From Haliotis rubra (Eukaryota), in the NCBI RefSeq assembly GCF_003918875.1, contig NW_025767127.1, positions 62,001 through 126,000 of the forward strand: DNA of 64,000 nucleotides. The letters run 5' to 3'. Below are positions 52,401 to 63,169 of the stretch, in pieces. A program made the position numbers and the translations under genes. The notes below the pieces were generated by a model that was not told the origin of the DNA, ran no database searches, and saw only the letters and a program-made list of their open reading frames with translations. Position 1 is the stretch's first letter, and every line of letters starts with the position of its first letter.

Positions 52401-54954
52401 GAAGTAACATGAATAACTGGTACTAAATGAAGTGCTGACATCTGGTTCTATCCTCATGGTGTCAACTGATAACCATGCTGTAGACTAGTGGTGGGAATTG
52501 GTTAAAATCTCATAATTGATGATTGGTCCATTACAACCGATCAATCATCAAAATAATTGGTTAGCGTCATTTATCAAATGTTCCTGTTGTCTTTGTAAAA
52601 AATAAAGAAAAAACATGTAATAATTTGGGTTTTTTGCAAATTAAACAAAATCCATTTGCAAATTTTGCATGTTTAAAGGATTATTAGTATGTTAGGAACA
52701 CAGATTTCCTGGATTCTTTAAGATAAATTCAATCATGACTTGGAACGAGCTTGTTGTGCTTATGAAATGTAAATTTAATGACACAGACAAAAGCAACCTT
52801 TTGAAAAATATTGTTGATGCAAACAAGTGTTCCAAGATTGGTTGTGTTCGATTATGAGAAAACATGTTCGATTGCTTGGTCGTTAAGTCACTGCGACCAA
52901 TCTTCGATTATTTCAATTAATCGGTTATTTCAATTAATAGGACCACCACTACTGTAGACCCTATACATACCTGTTTATGTCTAGAGAGTCTCCCTTCTTG
53001 GGTTTGCCCTTAGGAGGGAAGTGCATAAACACAGGGGCAGTGTTCAGCTTCAACTGAAAGAGACAAATATAACAGTAAGATAGTATGACAAATGCACAAC
53101 TTACAAAGTCAATCCTTTAACAACATTTAAGAGTAATTTCATTTATTTAAATATCAAATGGACTCAGAATTGGTTAGTGAATGCAGAATTAGGCAAAAGC
53201 CTTTGTTGGTATTTTAAATATCTATATCAACATAGTTGTAAGTGTATGCCCACCAATGATAATGCTGTAAATATAATGGTAACCAAGGCAACACTCACAT
53301 TCTGGAACACATCTGGTCCCTCATCATAGTCAACCAGAGCAAAGAAGAGTTTGTTGGAGAACTGCTGGGAATAGCGCCAAGAGTTGGCCAGGATGGTATA
53401 CTCCTCGTTTGCCTGCCTGGAACCCAACAAACATTGCCTCAGTAGTCAGTAGATCAACACATAGCTGGATATTCACACGAGTTAGCTTATCATAACATGA
53501 GCCATATCCTTATCATGATATTGCAGCAATCCTGCTGGAAAATTACTGAACATGCATAAAACCATTCTAACCATCATCTCAGTAAAAGAAAAGCCAAACT
53601 GTACATCTTAAATGTTATTTTACTGTAACTGCCACATCAGCTTTATTTCAGAAAGCATAGGGACTATTAATATTATTATCTATATAGAAAATTACACTGA
53701 ACAAGAGTACATAACTGTACTACAAAACTTAGGAAAGTCTTTTGGATAAGTTCCTGCATCCTTCCAATGGTGACTCACCTACACACTGAGCACTGTCTCT
53801 GTGCCTGTAGAGCTGTCAACATCACAATCACAGAATAGTTCCTAGGTGCCGTCTAAATATCTCTTCATCCAATGATCCAATCGATCTCAAACTGTGCAAG
53901 TGGATGTTTTGTCAGACAACCTAATCACATTGTAAATCACCGATTTTATGCATTTCTATTAAAGAATCTGTCTATGTAACTGTCAACAAAATAAACAGCA
54001 GAACGCAGACTGCTTGCCGAGGGAGGGAGCCAATGACCTGTAACAGCGTCACTGTTGGGTCATAAAGGTAAATGCACGTGCAGTTCATGATAGTTACCTT
54101 TGCACTGCACAGTGATAGACCGTTTGGATCATTCACATTGACTACTTCTAGCTGTCATCATGAAAGCTTATTCAGATGATGCTAAACGTTTCATGAGAAA
54201 TGTGTTGTATTTTTTTTAAAAGAGAGCAAACGTTGCAAACCAATTTATAAGGTGTCGGATTACATGAAACGTACATAGCTGACCTACATTGACGAACGTT
54301 GACCTTTATAACCCAACACTGCCGCTGTTAAAGGTCATTGGCTCCCTCCCTGTGCAAACCGTCTGCAATCTGCTGTATATTTTGTTGACAGTTACATAGA
54401 CAGATTCTTTAATACAAATGCATAAACTCGATGATTTACAATGTGATTAGGTTGTCTGACAAAACATCCACTTGCACAGTTTGAGATCGATTGGGTCATT
54501 GGATGAAGAGATATTTACAAAAAAACGGGTCCACATGCATTTCATGCCAAACTATAGTCTAACTATTTGCGACAGCCCATGTGGCGTGGTAATGTTCTGG
54601 CTAATTAGATTAACTCATTAGCCCAGTGCAGCTTCAAGCTGGCAAAGTGAATTCGATCCTCCACGCAGTGCTAACCGCAATACCAAAAGTGAGTGGAGTG
54701 CTTACTTCATTCTATCCAAATTATTTCCTGCATATTGCTGTCGAGTGTGCGCGAAATCTGGAGGTATAGACAGGCAATTTGTATTCACGACCAGCAAAAA
54801 GGAGGTGCTTGATGACGATAACTCTGCATTTGCTTTTTGTGTTCTACATCTGAATGTGCAATGCACGTACCTCTTTTTTCTTGTAGTTTTGTCCTACAGT
54901 TGTCAAACAAATACAAAACAACACCAAAATGCCAAAGCTTGCTCTGGCCTCCAT
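46473..54954 (-). CDS. TUSC3: OST3/OST6-family oligosaccharyltransferase subunit (MAGT1/TUSC3 orthologue), 11 coding exons, ~297 aa as assembled
   Basis: Exons: 54871-54954, 53779-53852, 53299-53416, 52971-53053, 51847-51904, 51209-51349, 50644-50733, 48626-48689, 48304-48378, 47487-47577, 46473-46488. All introns are GT-AG with consistent phases. Family motifs present: [71 protein letters not shown]. Confidence 0.95.
46544..46807. repeat. 66-bp tandem repeat x4 in last MAGT1/TUSC3 intron
   Basis: Unit atcaaacaacgtgaaacacaaaagctatgtatacagcttgacgccactgtaggctcagtaaactga. Confidence 0.95.
47487..47577 (-). CDS. TUSC3: MAGT1/TUSC3 exon 10
   Basis: Encodes [29 protein letters not shown]; boundaries ttatag| and |gtaagg. 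Confidence 0.95.
48304..48378 (-). CDS. TUSC3: MAGT1/TUSC3 exon 9
   Basis: Encodes [24 protein letters not shown]; boundaries tgtag| and |gtaagt. Confidence 0.95.
48626..48689 (-). CDS. TUSC3: MAGT1/TUSC3 exon 8
   Basis: Encodes [21 protein letters not shown]; boundaries tttaag| and |gtatcc. Confidence 0.93.
48946..49098. repeat. 50-bp tandem repeat x3 (intronic)
   Basis: Unit acatgttgcaatcaatgttattttcttagatgtacatgatatacagattt. Confidence 0.95.
50644..50733 (-). CDS. TUSC3: MAGT1/TUSC3 exon 7
   Basis: Encodes [30 protein letters not shown]; boundaries tccag| and |gtaagt. Confidence 0.95.
51209..51349 (-). CDS. TUSC3: MAGT1/TUSC3 exon 6
   Basis: Encodes [47 protein letters not shown]; boundaries tttcag| and |gtatgt. 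Confidence 0.95.
51409..51677 (-). mobile_element. SINE family A full copy (intronic)
   Basis: TSD ctttatatgagaga; shares an internal duplication with the 40139 copy. Confidence 0.93.
51847..51904 (-). CDS. TUSC3: MAGT1/TUSC3 exon 5
   Basis: Encodes [19 protein letters not shown]; boundaries ttccag| and |gtacct. Confidence 0.93.
52486..52951. mobile_element. hAT-like MITE with perfect 8-bp TSD ctgtagac
   Basis: TIRs tagtggtgg / ccaccacta; TSD present on both sides. Confidence 0.88.
52971..53053 (-). CDS. TUSC3: MAGT1/TUSC3 exon 4
   Basis: Encodes [28 protein letters not shown]; boundaries tttcag| and |gtatgt. Confidence 0.95.
53299..53416 (-). CDS. TUSC3: MAGT1/TUSC3 exon 3
   Basis: Encodes [39 protein letters not shown]; boundaries ccag| and |gtgagt. 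Confidence 0.95.
53779..53852 (-). CDS. TUSC3: MAGT1/TUSC3 exon 2 remnant ([25 protein letters not shown])
   Basis: Contains the CxxC motif and donor AG|gtgagt. Its 5' boundary abuts the foldback element (tttag|ACG). Confidence 0.85.
53854..54517. mobile_element. Foldback/MITE-like element, 664 bp, ~220-bp inverted arms, TA at both ends
   Basis: The left arm taaatatctcttcatccaatgatccaatcgatctcaaactgtgcaag... is the reverse complement of the right arm ...cttgcacagtttgagatcgattgggtcattggatgaagagatattta. The spacer is non-coding. Confidence 0.9.
54871..54954 (-). CDS. TUSC3: MAGT1/TUSC3 exon 1 (signal peptide, [28 protein letters not shown])
   Basis: aacATGG start context, hydrophobic core, conserved KKKE end, donor GAG|gtacgt. 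In-frame upstream ATGs also exist (e.g. 54996). Confidence 0.85.
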
Positions 54955-54969
54955 GTTGCCGGCGGATGT

Positions 54970-55315
54970 TGACGTGGATGTGACCATGGATGCCATTGGA
55001 TAAAAGTTCGACCCAATCGGTGCTTGCGTTATATAATTCGGATGGAGCGCTAGCGCAGCATGCCCAGGGGCCACACTGAAACTTCTATAATGCTGTGAGT
55101 GAGTTAAGCTTATAGTCACATTGGCAGTATTTCAGCCAAATCGTGATCCTTTCAATAAGAAAAAAAATCTACTGGAAGTAATGGTTTTTTCTGTAACTAA
55201 TACATTTCCTACATGCATGATGTTTCATTTTAGTCTCTCATTTCCCATTTCATATCATTGTGTTTCTAAGACAACGTGGGCTACGGGTGATATGTTCTGA
55301 GTGAATATCACGTCA
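54970..55315. promoter_or_regulatory. Putative MAGT1/TUSC3 proximal promoter with UPRE-like motifs
   Basis: TGACGTGG at 54970-54977, TGACGTGA (minus strand) at 55308-55315, CCAAT at ~55013 and TTATATAA at ~55029, all immediately upstream of exon 1. Confidence 0.45.
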
Positions 55316-55698
55316 CGTACGTTACTTTGGGCCCCCTTCGCCAACAATGATGAAACTTCTAACTAATAATTAGGAACCAAAGCTGATACTGCTCAGTGAG
55401 AATTACAGAAAATTTCATCTCCGTGCCCTTACGGGTGATATTACTTTCCGAAGCGATTTTTACTACTTGATAAATTCTACTACACAGTCTAGAAGTAAAA
55501 GCTAGGTCCTTGCGTATTCATATTAGTAATATAGTAATGGCGAACCACAGAAAAGATTTTGATTAGGTCCTATCAGGTTCGACACAACGATGTTTAATAG
55601 TACATGTACTATATATGCTTTTTGGTTCGTTTAAGCTCGTCAGATACGAAATCATTAACTCTTGTAATAAAAATGGTATTTCACGGAAGCGAGTATAG

Positions 55699-55790
55699 TA
55701 ATAGAGATTATTACACGAGCAAGTGTGTCATACACCAGCATATGACCAGGTTGTATGACACACTTGCTCGAGTGTAATAATTTCTTTATT
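55699..55790. repeat. Near-perfect palindrome, probably from a palindromic non-autonomous DNA element
   Basis: Arms aatagagattattacacgagcaagtgtgtcatac ... gtatgacacacttgctcgagtgtaataatttctttatt. Confidence 0.8.
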
Positions 55791-57485
55791 ATCCATTTTA
55801 TTCATGTACATTTGTGCAGTAAAACACGGTAAGCAAGTGTGACGGCCCTGTTAACTTACGTCACGTTCAATTGTTTAATGACGTCACAGACGACGAAATA
55901 CAGAAGAAATGGTTTGCTAGGCAAAAGTGATATGAGCACATGTATCGCATGCAGTATGCAGTATATCGAGTGCAATATACTGTATACCACATACAGTATA
56001 CTGTGTGCCACGCGCAGTGTGCGCCGGGATAATAATTCCCGGCTGGGTTTATCATCGATAGTCTCCCTTCCTCCCCTTAGCTAACACCGCATGGGGATGT
56101 AACGAGGTCAAACGATATCAGGCATCCTAGGTCATCGTGTTTGGCCGCTGGTGATAATGGGTGCATGATTAAACATACCCTGAAAATGAGACTGTGACTT
56201 TCTGCTATGGTCTTATTAGGCTATCGCTTAATCAAGAGTAGGATGATCCTGATGACCACTGCACGAGAGGCATGTGGGTTGTGGACGAGGTTCCACATGG
56301 TCTTGCCAATACCATTTAAGGAAGACAGATTATCAGATCTGAGATATAGTCAAATTAATGAGCGTTGGTTAGTTAGTTTAGAACTGGGAGCTGAGCACTA
56401 AGCTCCTAGTTAAACACAGCTCACAATAAAACGTTGTGGACCCGCAGACGGACTTGCGTTGTCACTTTGAGGAATATCCGCCAACACACAACAACAACCA
56501 ACGCCTACAACAACATAGTAGTAGACAGCCTGAAACGTCTACGGACTGGTCCTGCTACGGCTGATACATGTGCACATATGATATATATGACACTGGTTAT
56601 GTTTCACCATATGGGTAATAATTCTGTTTATTACTCTCCAACTTAAATTGATAGAAACTGCCTACAGTGCTCAGCTTTTGTGACAGAGTTATTAGCATTG
56701 TGACGTCATAAATGTAAACCATTATGACGTCATACGTCTAGCGGTATTACACTAGCGTAATATTGCCGTAAGAATATTACACTGCAGTATCTTCCACGGG
56801 CGAGTAATATAAACACGAATAGATCTCGAACAAAAGGATTATTTATTACCTATCAGTACGAATTTATCTCCCTTCGTCCATTTACAAAAAATTACTAATC
56901 ACGACCACCGACTAAGAAAAAACAATCATGACGTAAAACATCTTCAGCTATGGCGTCGTTTCTAGTGTGTCGTTACTCCAACCTTACGTCACAATCACAT
57001 ACGACCAGGCATATGACCAAATTTTACCTTTGAATACCTTAGTTTTCCGGTCAAAAACTATAAAAACAAGCGCACATATGATTTTATAAACGTGGCATGA
57101 TGCATGGGTTACAGATATAACAAATGATTTCTTCAGGCGCATAAGCATTAACTATACAAAAACAATTGATTCCAGACATGCTTGTCAGTTTTGTTTTGAT
57201 AGGAGACCCTGGCATAAAAAGCCCATGCAAGTCTAAAATATGTGGCAAGTCTAGATTTCCACAGTTTTGGCAAAAAATATAAATGAAAATGAAGAAAATC
57301 GCTGGGCTCCTTTTCATTATATTTTATAATTATATTTTAGGAACCGTTTTTTTTAATGTAAAATATGTTCATGTGAGAGACTAGATGTTATTATAGTGTT
57401 TGTCGTGCCTGCACAGAACACCGGGAAGGGATTAAAGTTAAACACCAAAACTGTGAAGACCAACAGATCTGCAAGAGAAAGAGTG

Positions 57486-57642
57486 CCTTGGGGAAGCCTT
57501 GTCGTTAAAGCGTTCGCTTGTTACTTTGAAGAAACCCGGGTTCGATTCCCCACATTGATACATTGTGTGAAGCCAATTTCTGGTGTCCCTCGCCGTGATT
57601 TTGCTGAAACATTGCTAAAAGCGACGTAAAACCATACTCACA
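57486..57642 (+). mobile_element. SINE family B copy
   Basis: gttaaagcgttcgct...cccgggttcgattccccac...attgctaaaagcgacgtaaaaccatactcac. Confidence 0.85.
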
Positions 57643-60009
57643 CACGACTGAAGATACACTTCGGCCATCTATATTACGAGGCGATCGCTGAGTTAATTTG
57701 GCGCCTTTGTTCGACATGGAAACGAAGTGATACACGCCTTACCACGACATTTTGGAAATATATTTCGTGTTAAATCCATATATGATTTCAAATCTGTTTG
57801 TGTCTCAATATCCATGTTTTGAATCAAAGATATTGAATATATTTATACACCTTGCATGCTGATTGCACCTTCGGTTCGGGTATAGAGAAACGCTTAGTCT
57901 CTGAATATGTATAATATTGATAGAAAAACAACAACAAATAATTCCATTTAATTTGAAAAGGATCCCTAGTGACAAGGGAGATTTCAGAATGTAGACTTGT
58001 TCATTTAGGGCTTTAGCATTGTAGAAAGGGCTGGGCAGAACGGGAAATAATGCGGTTCAGGGACTGTGCGACAGACAAGTTCGGGTAATTATCTTCACCC
58101 AGCTGTTTTTTCAAGTACAAGATCTGCTTTTGCGGCAGGAATTTAATTAATAATTATGTCTCACCTACGGTGTACCTATATCGTATATCATGGTAAGGAC
58201 CTTTTAAGTTTTTTTTATAAAAAAAAAAATGTTTATTATAAAACTGTGCTCTTTCGAAATTAAGCGTCAGTTGCGTACCCGTGAGTAACCTGCTTTCATC
58301 TGTCAAAACCTGGCATCGTCATGATCGTGTTACGAACGCCTTGTGCTGACCGCTCGCACCATTCCTCCGCTCGCAGCATCTGAGACGGGAGGGGGAGCAC
58401 AGAGAGGCGAGAGGAGAGAGAGTGTTTACAGATACCAGCTTGGGAACATGGATGCCGTGATACCAACTTGCCGGAGTAGCTAGACAGCACAGGTTAGTGC
58501 CCTGAATCTACCTCCCTTTTGTGTGTGTTGATGGAATATAGAGATACCATACCTTAGGGGACGTTCAATCTCGTTATGAGGTGTATTTGGAACTAAAGAC
58601 TTCGGTGCTAAACTTTTATGGTTTCAAGATTTTCGTGACCTTTTCGCTTCTTGGCAGATATTCCTGCTATGTTATATATTGCTGTGGTGAGCGTTTGAAG
58701 GGAAGGTGGAGGTAGCACGAGGGATATTTTGATGGTAGGCCTTATCACACAGAACGCAATTTGTTTCTTTATGAAGTTTAGGGTTGGATGTAATTCTAGG
58801 CTATCTCCAACACACTACGCAATTAGAAGGAAGGATGAGATATTGGTTAAGAATGAACGTTGGAGTTGAAAGAAAGTTGCAGCTATGTTCTTGGTGAGGA
58901 GCAAGGCAGAACACATGTCGGCTCTGTTCATTCTCAAACCATCTCACGCCCAACACTGTGCCGAGATGAAAGGTGCCCTAGGGCGTTGGAGGAATCAGGG
59001 CGTCTTGACCATCGCCCCGCCCCCATCAACTCACCCCCCTCCTCCAAACTCCCCATCACTTCATGCAGGTGTTAGTGTTTAGGTTTGTGGTACTGGTAAT
59101 GACTTCACAGACCCCCTGTGTCAGAACATCCTGAGCTTCCAAAATGACATTTTATGACAAACCTTTTGTTCTCAGTCTGTGTGGATTTCTGATGTACCAC
59201 AGATGAATCTTGGTGAATGTTTGCAAGCAGGTGAATATTTAGTGTAGTGTTTGAATTGACCATCAGACTAGTCTGTCTCACAGTCCCTGAACCACATTAT
59301 TTTCTCTTCTACCCAGCCCATTCTCCCATGGCACTGGTGCTTTGTTTCATTGTAAATAGAATTATTCATTTTATTAAGATTATATATATATTCAGAGACT
59401 AATTGTTAGGCTAGTGTTAAGACATTCAACAACATGGGAGTACCTTTATGAGGCTATCTCAGAGTTCCTGAAAGAAAATATTTATGCTTGCAAAATCAAT
59501 AAAGAAAGTCTAAATTTTCATTTGGTACACTCACATTGGGGTTACTTTTTAATAATTTTCTAATTGGAGTTAATTGTTTCTGTCAAAATTAAATATTTTC
59601 AGAGACTAAGCGTTAGCCTGCAGTTTGGCTAACAACACATTACCCAAGTTTATAGTGGTGGTGGACAACTTAGAATTTGCAAGTTGTAGATTTATATTAC
59701 ATTTCACAGGAAAGTTCCAGTCCATATTATTCCTGTGAACAAAGTTTTAAAAAATGCAACCAAGATCATTTGTAACTGTGAAATTCTGAAGGTAATTTGC
59801 CAACCCTGGTGCAGCAGAGCAAGGCTGTATGGAGAGTGATTTCCAGGGGCACTGTCAGGAGTTTACAGACTCTTGTTAAGAAAGGTATTTATAGATTGTA
59901 ACAAGTTGTGTGGCAGGCAGCATATGTTATGTAATTAGTTTAGACAGTGATAGTACTATTTACAGAATACAGAAAGTGTGTGTTTGTTGTGGGGGTGGGG
60001 GTTGTGAGA

Positions 60010-60410
60010 TAGATATTTTATTTAAGTCTCACCTCACATTATTATATACATAGAATACAAGACACATAAAATACATAAACGTGTGAGCCACCCATTCAGG
60101 ATTACGAGAGACTATTAAAACAAGATAAAATACATGATATAATGCAGTAAGAGAATAATACAAAGATATTTACAAACATACTAAAACTAAGAACCATATT
60201 AAACACTCTTTTGTTTTTGTAATAGAATATTGCAGGTTTGGGCACACACATACATCACAGATGGGCTGGAGAGAATAAACCACATTTTCTGTAAATCATT
60301 AAGATCGTTAAAACTATCACAGTTGGCTATACATGTTTCTAAAAGCGTTGATCTGATTTTGTTGTATATCGGGCAGTGTAGTAGTTGTGTGAGCCTACAA
60401 GGAACAGTAA
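60010..60410 (-). mobile_element. LINE 3' end relic
   Basis: Encodes LLHCPIYNKIRSTLL...LQKMWFILSS. The 3' UTR (gtctcacctcacat..gtgagccaccc..gagagact) is shared with ~9155-9420. Confidence 0.65.
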
Positions 60411-61440
60411 ATAATGAACATTTGGTGAAGGATATTTTTGTAACAAGATTGAGTTGGTTCACTACTATAAAATAAGCCACAAATATACAAATGTTCATGT
60501 TATAATAAACAACCTATAACAGGAAAATGTGACAGGAAGATTTTGATTATGATGATATCAACGTATATATATGTCTGGAGGTCAGTAACAAAAAAGTTAA
60601 ATTGGAATGTTTAAAAGCAAAGAAAACAGGAAAATATTAATATTATCCAGTTGTCATTAGGTCTATCGCTAGATTAACAGCTATTCTCTGAAATGAACAT
60701 ATTTTTTCAGAAAATAAAAGTTCTTAAATTAAAATTGTAAATACAATAAAAAGGAGCCCAGGGACTTTCTTCATTTTCCTGAAGCTGTGGAAATCTAGAC
60801 TTGCCACATTTTCTAGACTTGCGTGGGCTTTCTTGGATATATTTGCTTCAGGGTCTGTACGACAGACTAGTCTATCGCTTGTTATTCCAAAATCCCCTGT
60901 TTGTACAAAAACTCTAAATAAAAGTTCTGCCAATGGGATGTGATTTAACATATGCAATAGGACTGCATGGTATTAACGGTATACAGCAATATGCTTTTCA
61001 CATGATTCATATTGGATTACTTATTTTGAGAACTGGTATATTAGGTAAAATATATAAGAAGTTTTGTGATTGTCTCTTTGGTTTAAGTTAAAATCTACAC
61101 AGACTTCCATTTGTAACTGCTGTTTCCCTTTGTAATTCATTGACAAAACAGGATACTTTACATGCTATGAATTGTATAAAACAGAAAATAGAATCCCTAA
61201 CTATCCAACCTCATTTTGAGATTAGTCAGAACTTTTTGTCAGAACCATAACATTTACTTTTTAATAGGGCCTTGGTATGCAATAAAATAGGATCTGCACA
61301 TACAATGTGTCACTGGTTGCCAACTTATTAGCTTGGTCCTCAATGGTCTTTATTTTGAAATTAATTGCTTGGCTCCAGTAGTTCAGGAGGAAACAGATAA
61401 ATACTAAGTCGGTATAAAGTACAGGAGTTTTACAATGGTT

Positions 61441-61678
61441 CAGGGGTGGAAATAACTTTAAAATTGCTAGTGTACTCCGGTACAGTGGCACATGTAAAAT
61501 CACTTGCCCTGATAATTTTTCCACTATACTGGACGTTTTCTTCTTGATTTTTAAATAAACAACATAATTAACATTGGAATATCAACTGGACATAGGTACA
61601 GTGTGATATACAAATTTGCTTGCCCGAAGAAAAAAACACTGGACTCGGGCGTCGGGCAATGGGTTATTTCCACCCCTG
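61441..61678. mobile_element. MITE with perfect 16-bp TIR, 5-bp TSD tggtt
   Basis: TIRs caggggtggaaataac / gttatttccacccctg. Confidence 0.88.
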
Positions 61679-62852
61679 TGGTTCATAATGAACAGGTAAA
61701 TTTACGAGTCGAGCGTATTTAATTCTACGAAGACTCTGTTCATGTTTTGATAAGTTTGTAGTTGACAGAATACATTTGATAATGGAATTTATATGTTCAT
61801 TTATTAAGTTCTTTAAATTTGTATGATATTGTTATATTTTTCTAATCCGTCAAGGAAGGGACAGGCAACAAAAATACATTGGTACTAATGGCAAATGCAA
61901 ATAGCAATTTATTTATGCTGACATTTATTGATAAAACATTAATTAAACGTTATTAAAAACCAGAAACATGAAATAATGTCTTTTTGTATGAGACATTCAT
62001 AACATTACTTTTGAGATATTTTAATATTTTTTCAATGGATATATCAGCGTCTGCTAAATGAAGAACAAACCAAATGAGGACATCAATTGTTTATACATTG
62101 ACATGATCAAGACCTACACGTTGGTATGTATACAAGTACCCCAGTTCTTAGATCTGCTGCCATGGCGACATTCCATTTGTCATGACTCCCGTTGCCACGT
62201 GGCCCAAGTTTACTCAGAGCTGTGTGATCCTGCCGCAGATAGATCACACAACCCTTTTTTGTACCTCTAGTTAGAGCCATGTTGACAGATGGCCCTGTGC
62301 CCTTCTTGCCAGGCAGCCATTATGCCGTTTTAACGATTGTGGAATGACTGGCACTTGCGCTGGTGTTCACACGTTGACTGGTGATGAAATGCTGCGTCAA
62401 CCTTAACTTGGAGTTTCCGCAGCTTCCACAGTTGCCTGCAAGTTTATAGCAGCCTGGGTAAATTCAAAAGCCTCTTTCAGAATCTTTTTGTGAACATCTT
62501 TTTGATTCTGTTGACAAGAATGTTGGATATGTTTCTGAGCTTGGAAATGTAATACTTTGTTGTCAAAAGAGAAGGGTTATTTCCTTGAGATATATTTGCA
62601 GTTGATGTAGCGCATTGCTGAAATCAAATAAACAGCCATTAAAGTGATGTAGGAGAGTTGACAGCATGCCATGTAGTGAACTATGAGGTTTATTTGGAAA
62701 ACACAGATTGTCAAACTAAGCTAATAACTGCAAGATGTGGAAATGCTGAGAATAACAGATAAACATACATACACATGGACACACGTACAGACATATACAC
62801 ATGGGCACAAAGAATACAAACACATGGCCACACACATGCACACACACTCTCA

Positions 62853-62884
<32 letters not shown>

Positions 62885-63169
62885 TAAAAAAACAAAGCTA
62901 AACAACAATCAACAACTTGGCGACAATCTATGTACCCCTGCTTTAAAGTGTCATGGCCTTTTGACATCCCCTCTGAACCAACAATTCTAGTATGAATGAC
63001 ACCAGTTGTGGTGTTTCTAATATGGCTGACAGAGTTACGATCTGATGTTAGAAAACAACAAACTAAGCCTTCTGACTGTAGATTGCTATTTTCAAAAAAT
63101 TCTCATTTAATAATAGGTTTAAGGAAACTAAAAAAAAATGTATACAAAACAAACTGAAAACCTATTCTC

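Noticed and set aside
54706-54760. Mini-exon (cag...gtaagc) as the missing part of exon 2
   Set aside because: No frame resembles the conserved LxEKVxQL...NGDKF peptide, and the phase-0 frame has a stop.
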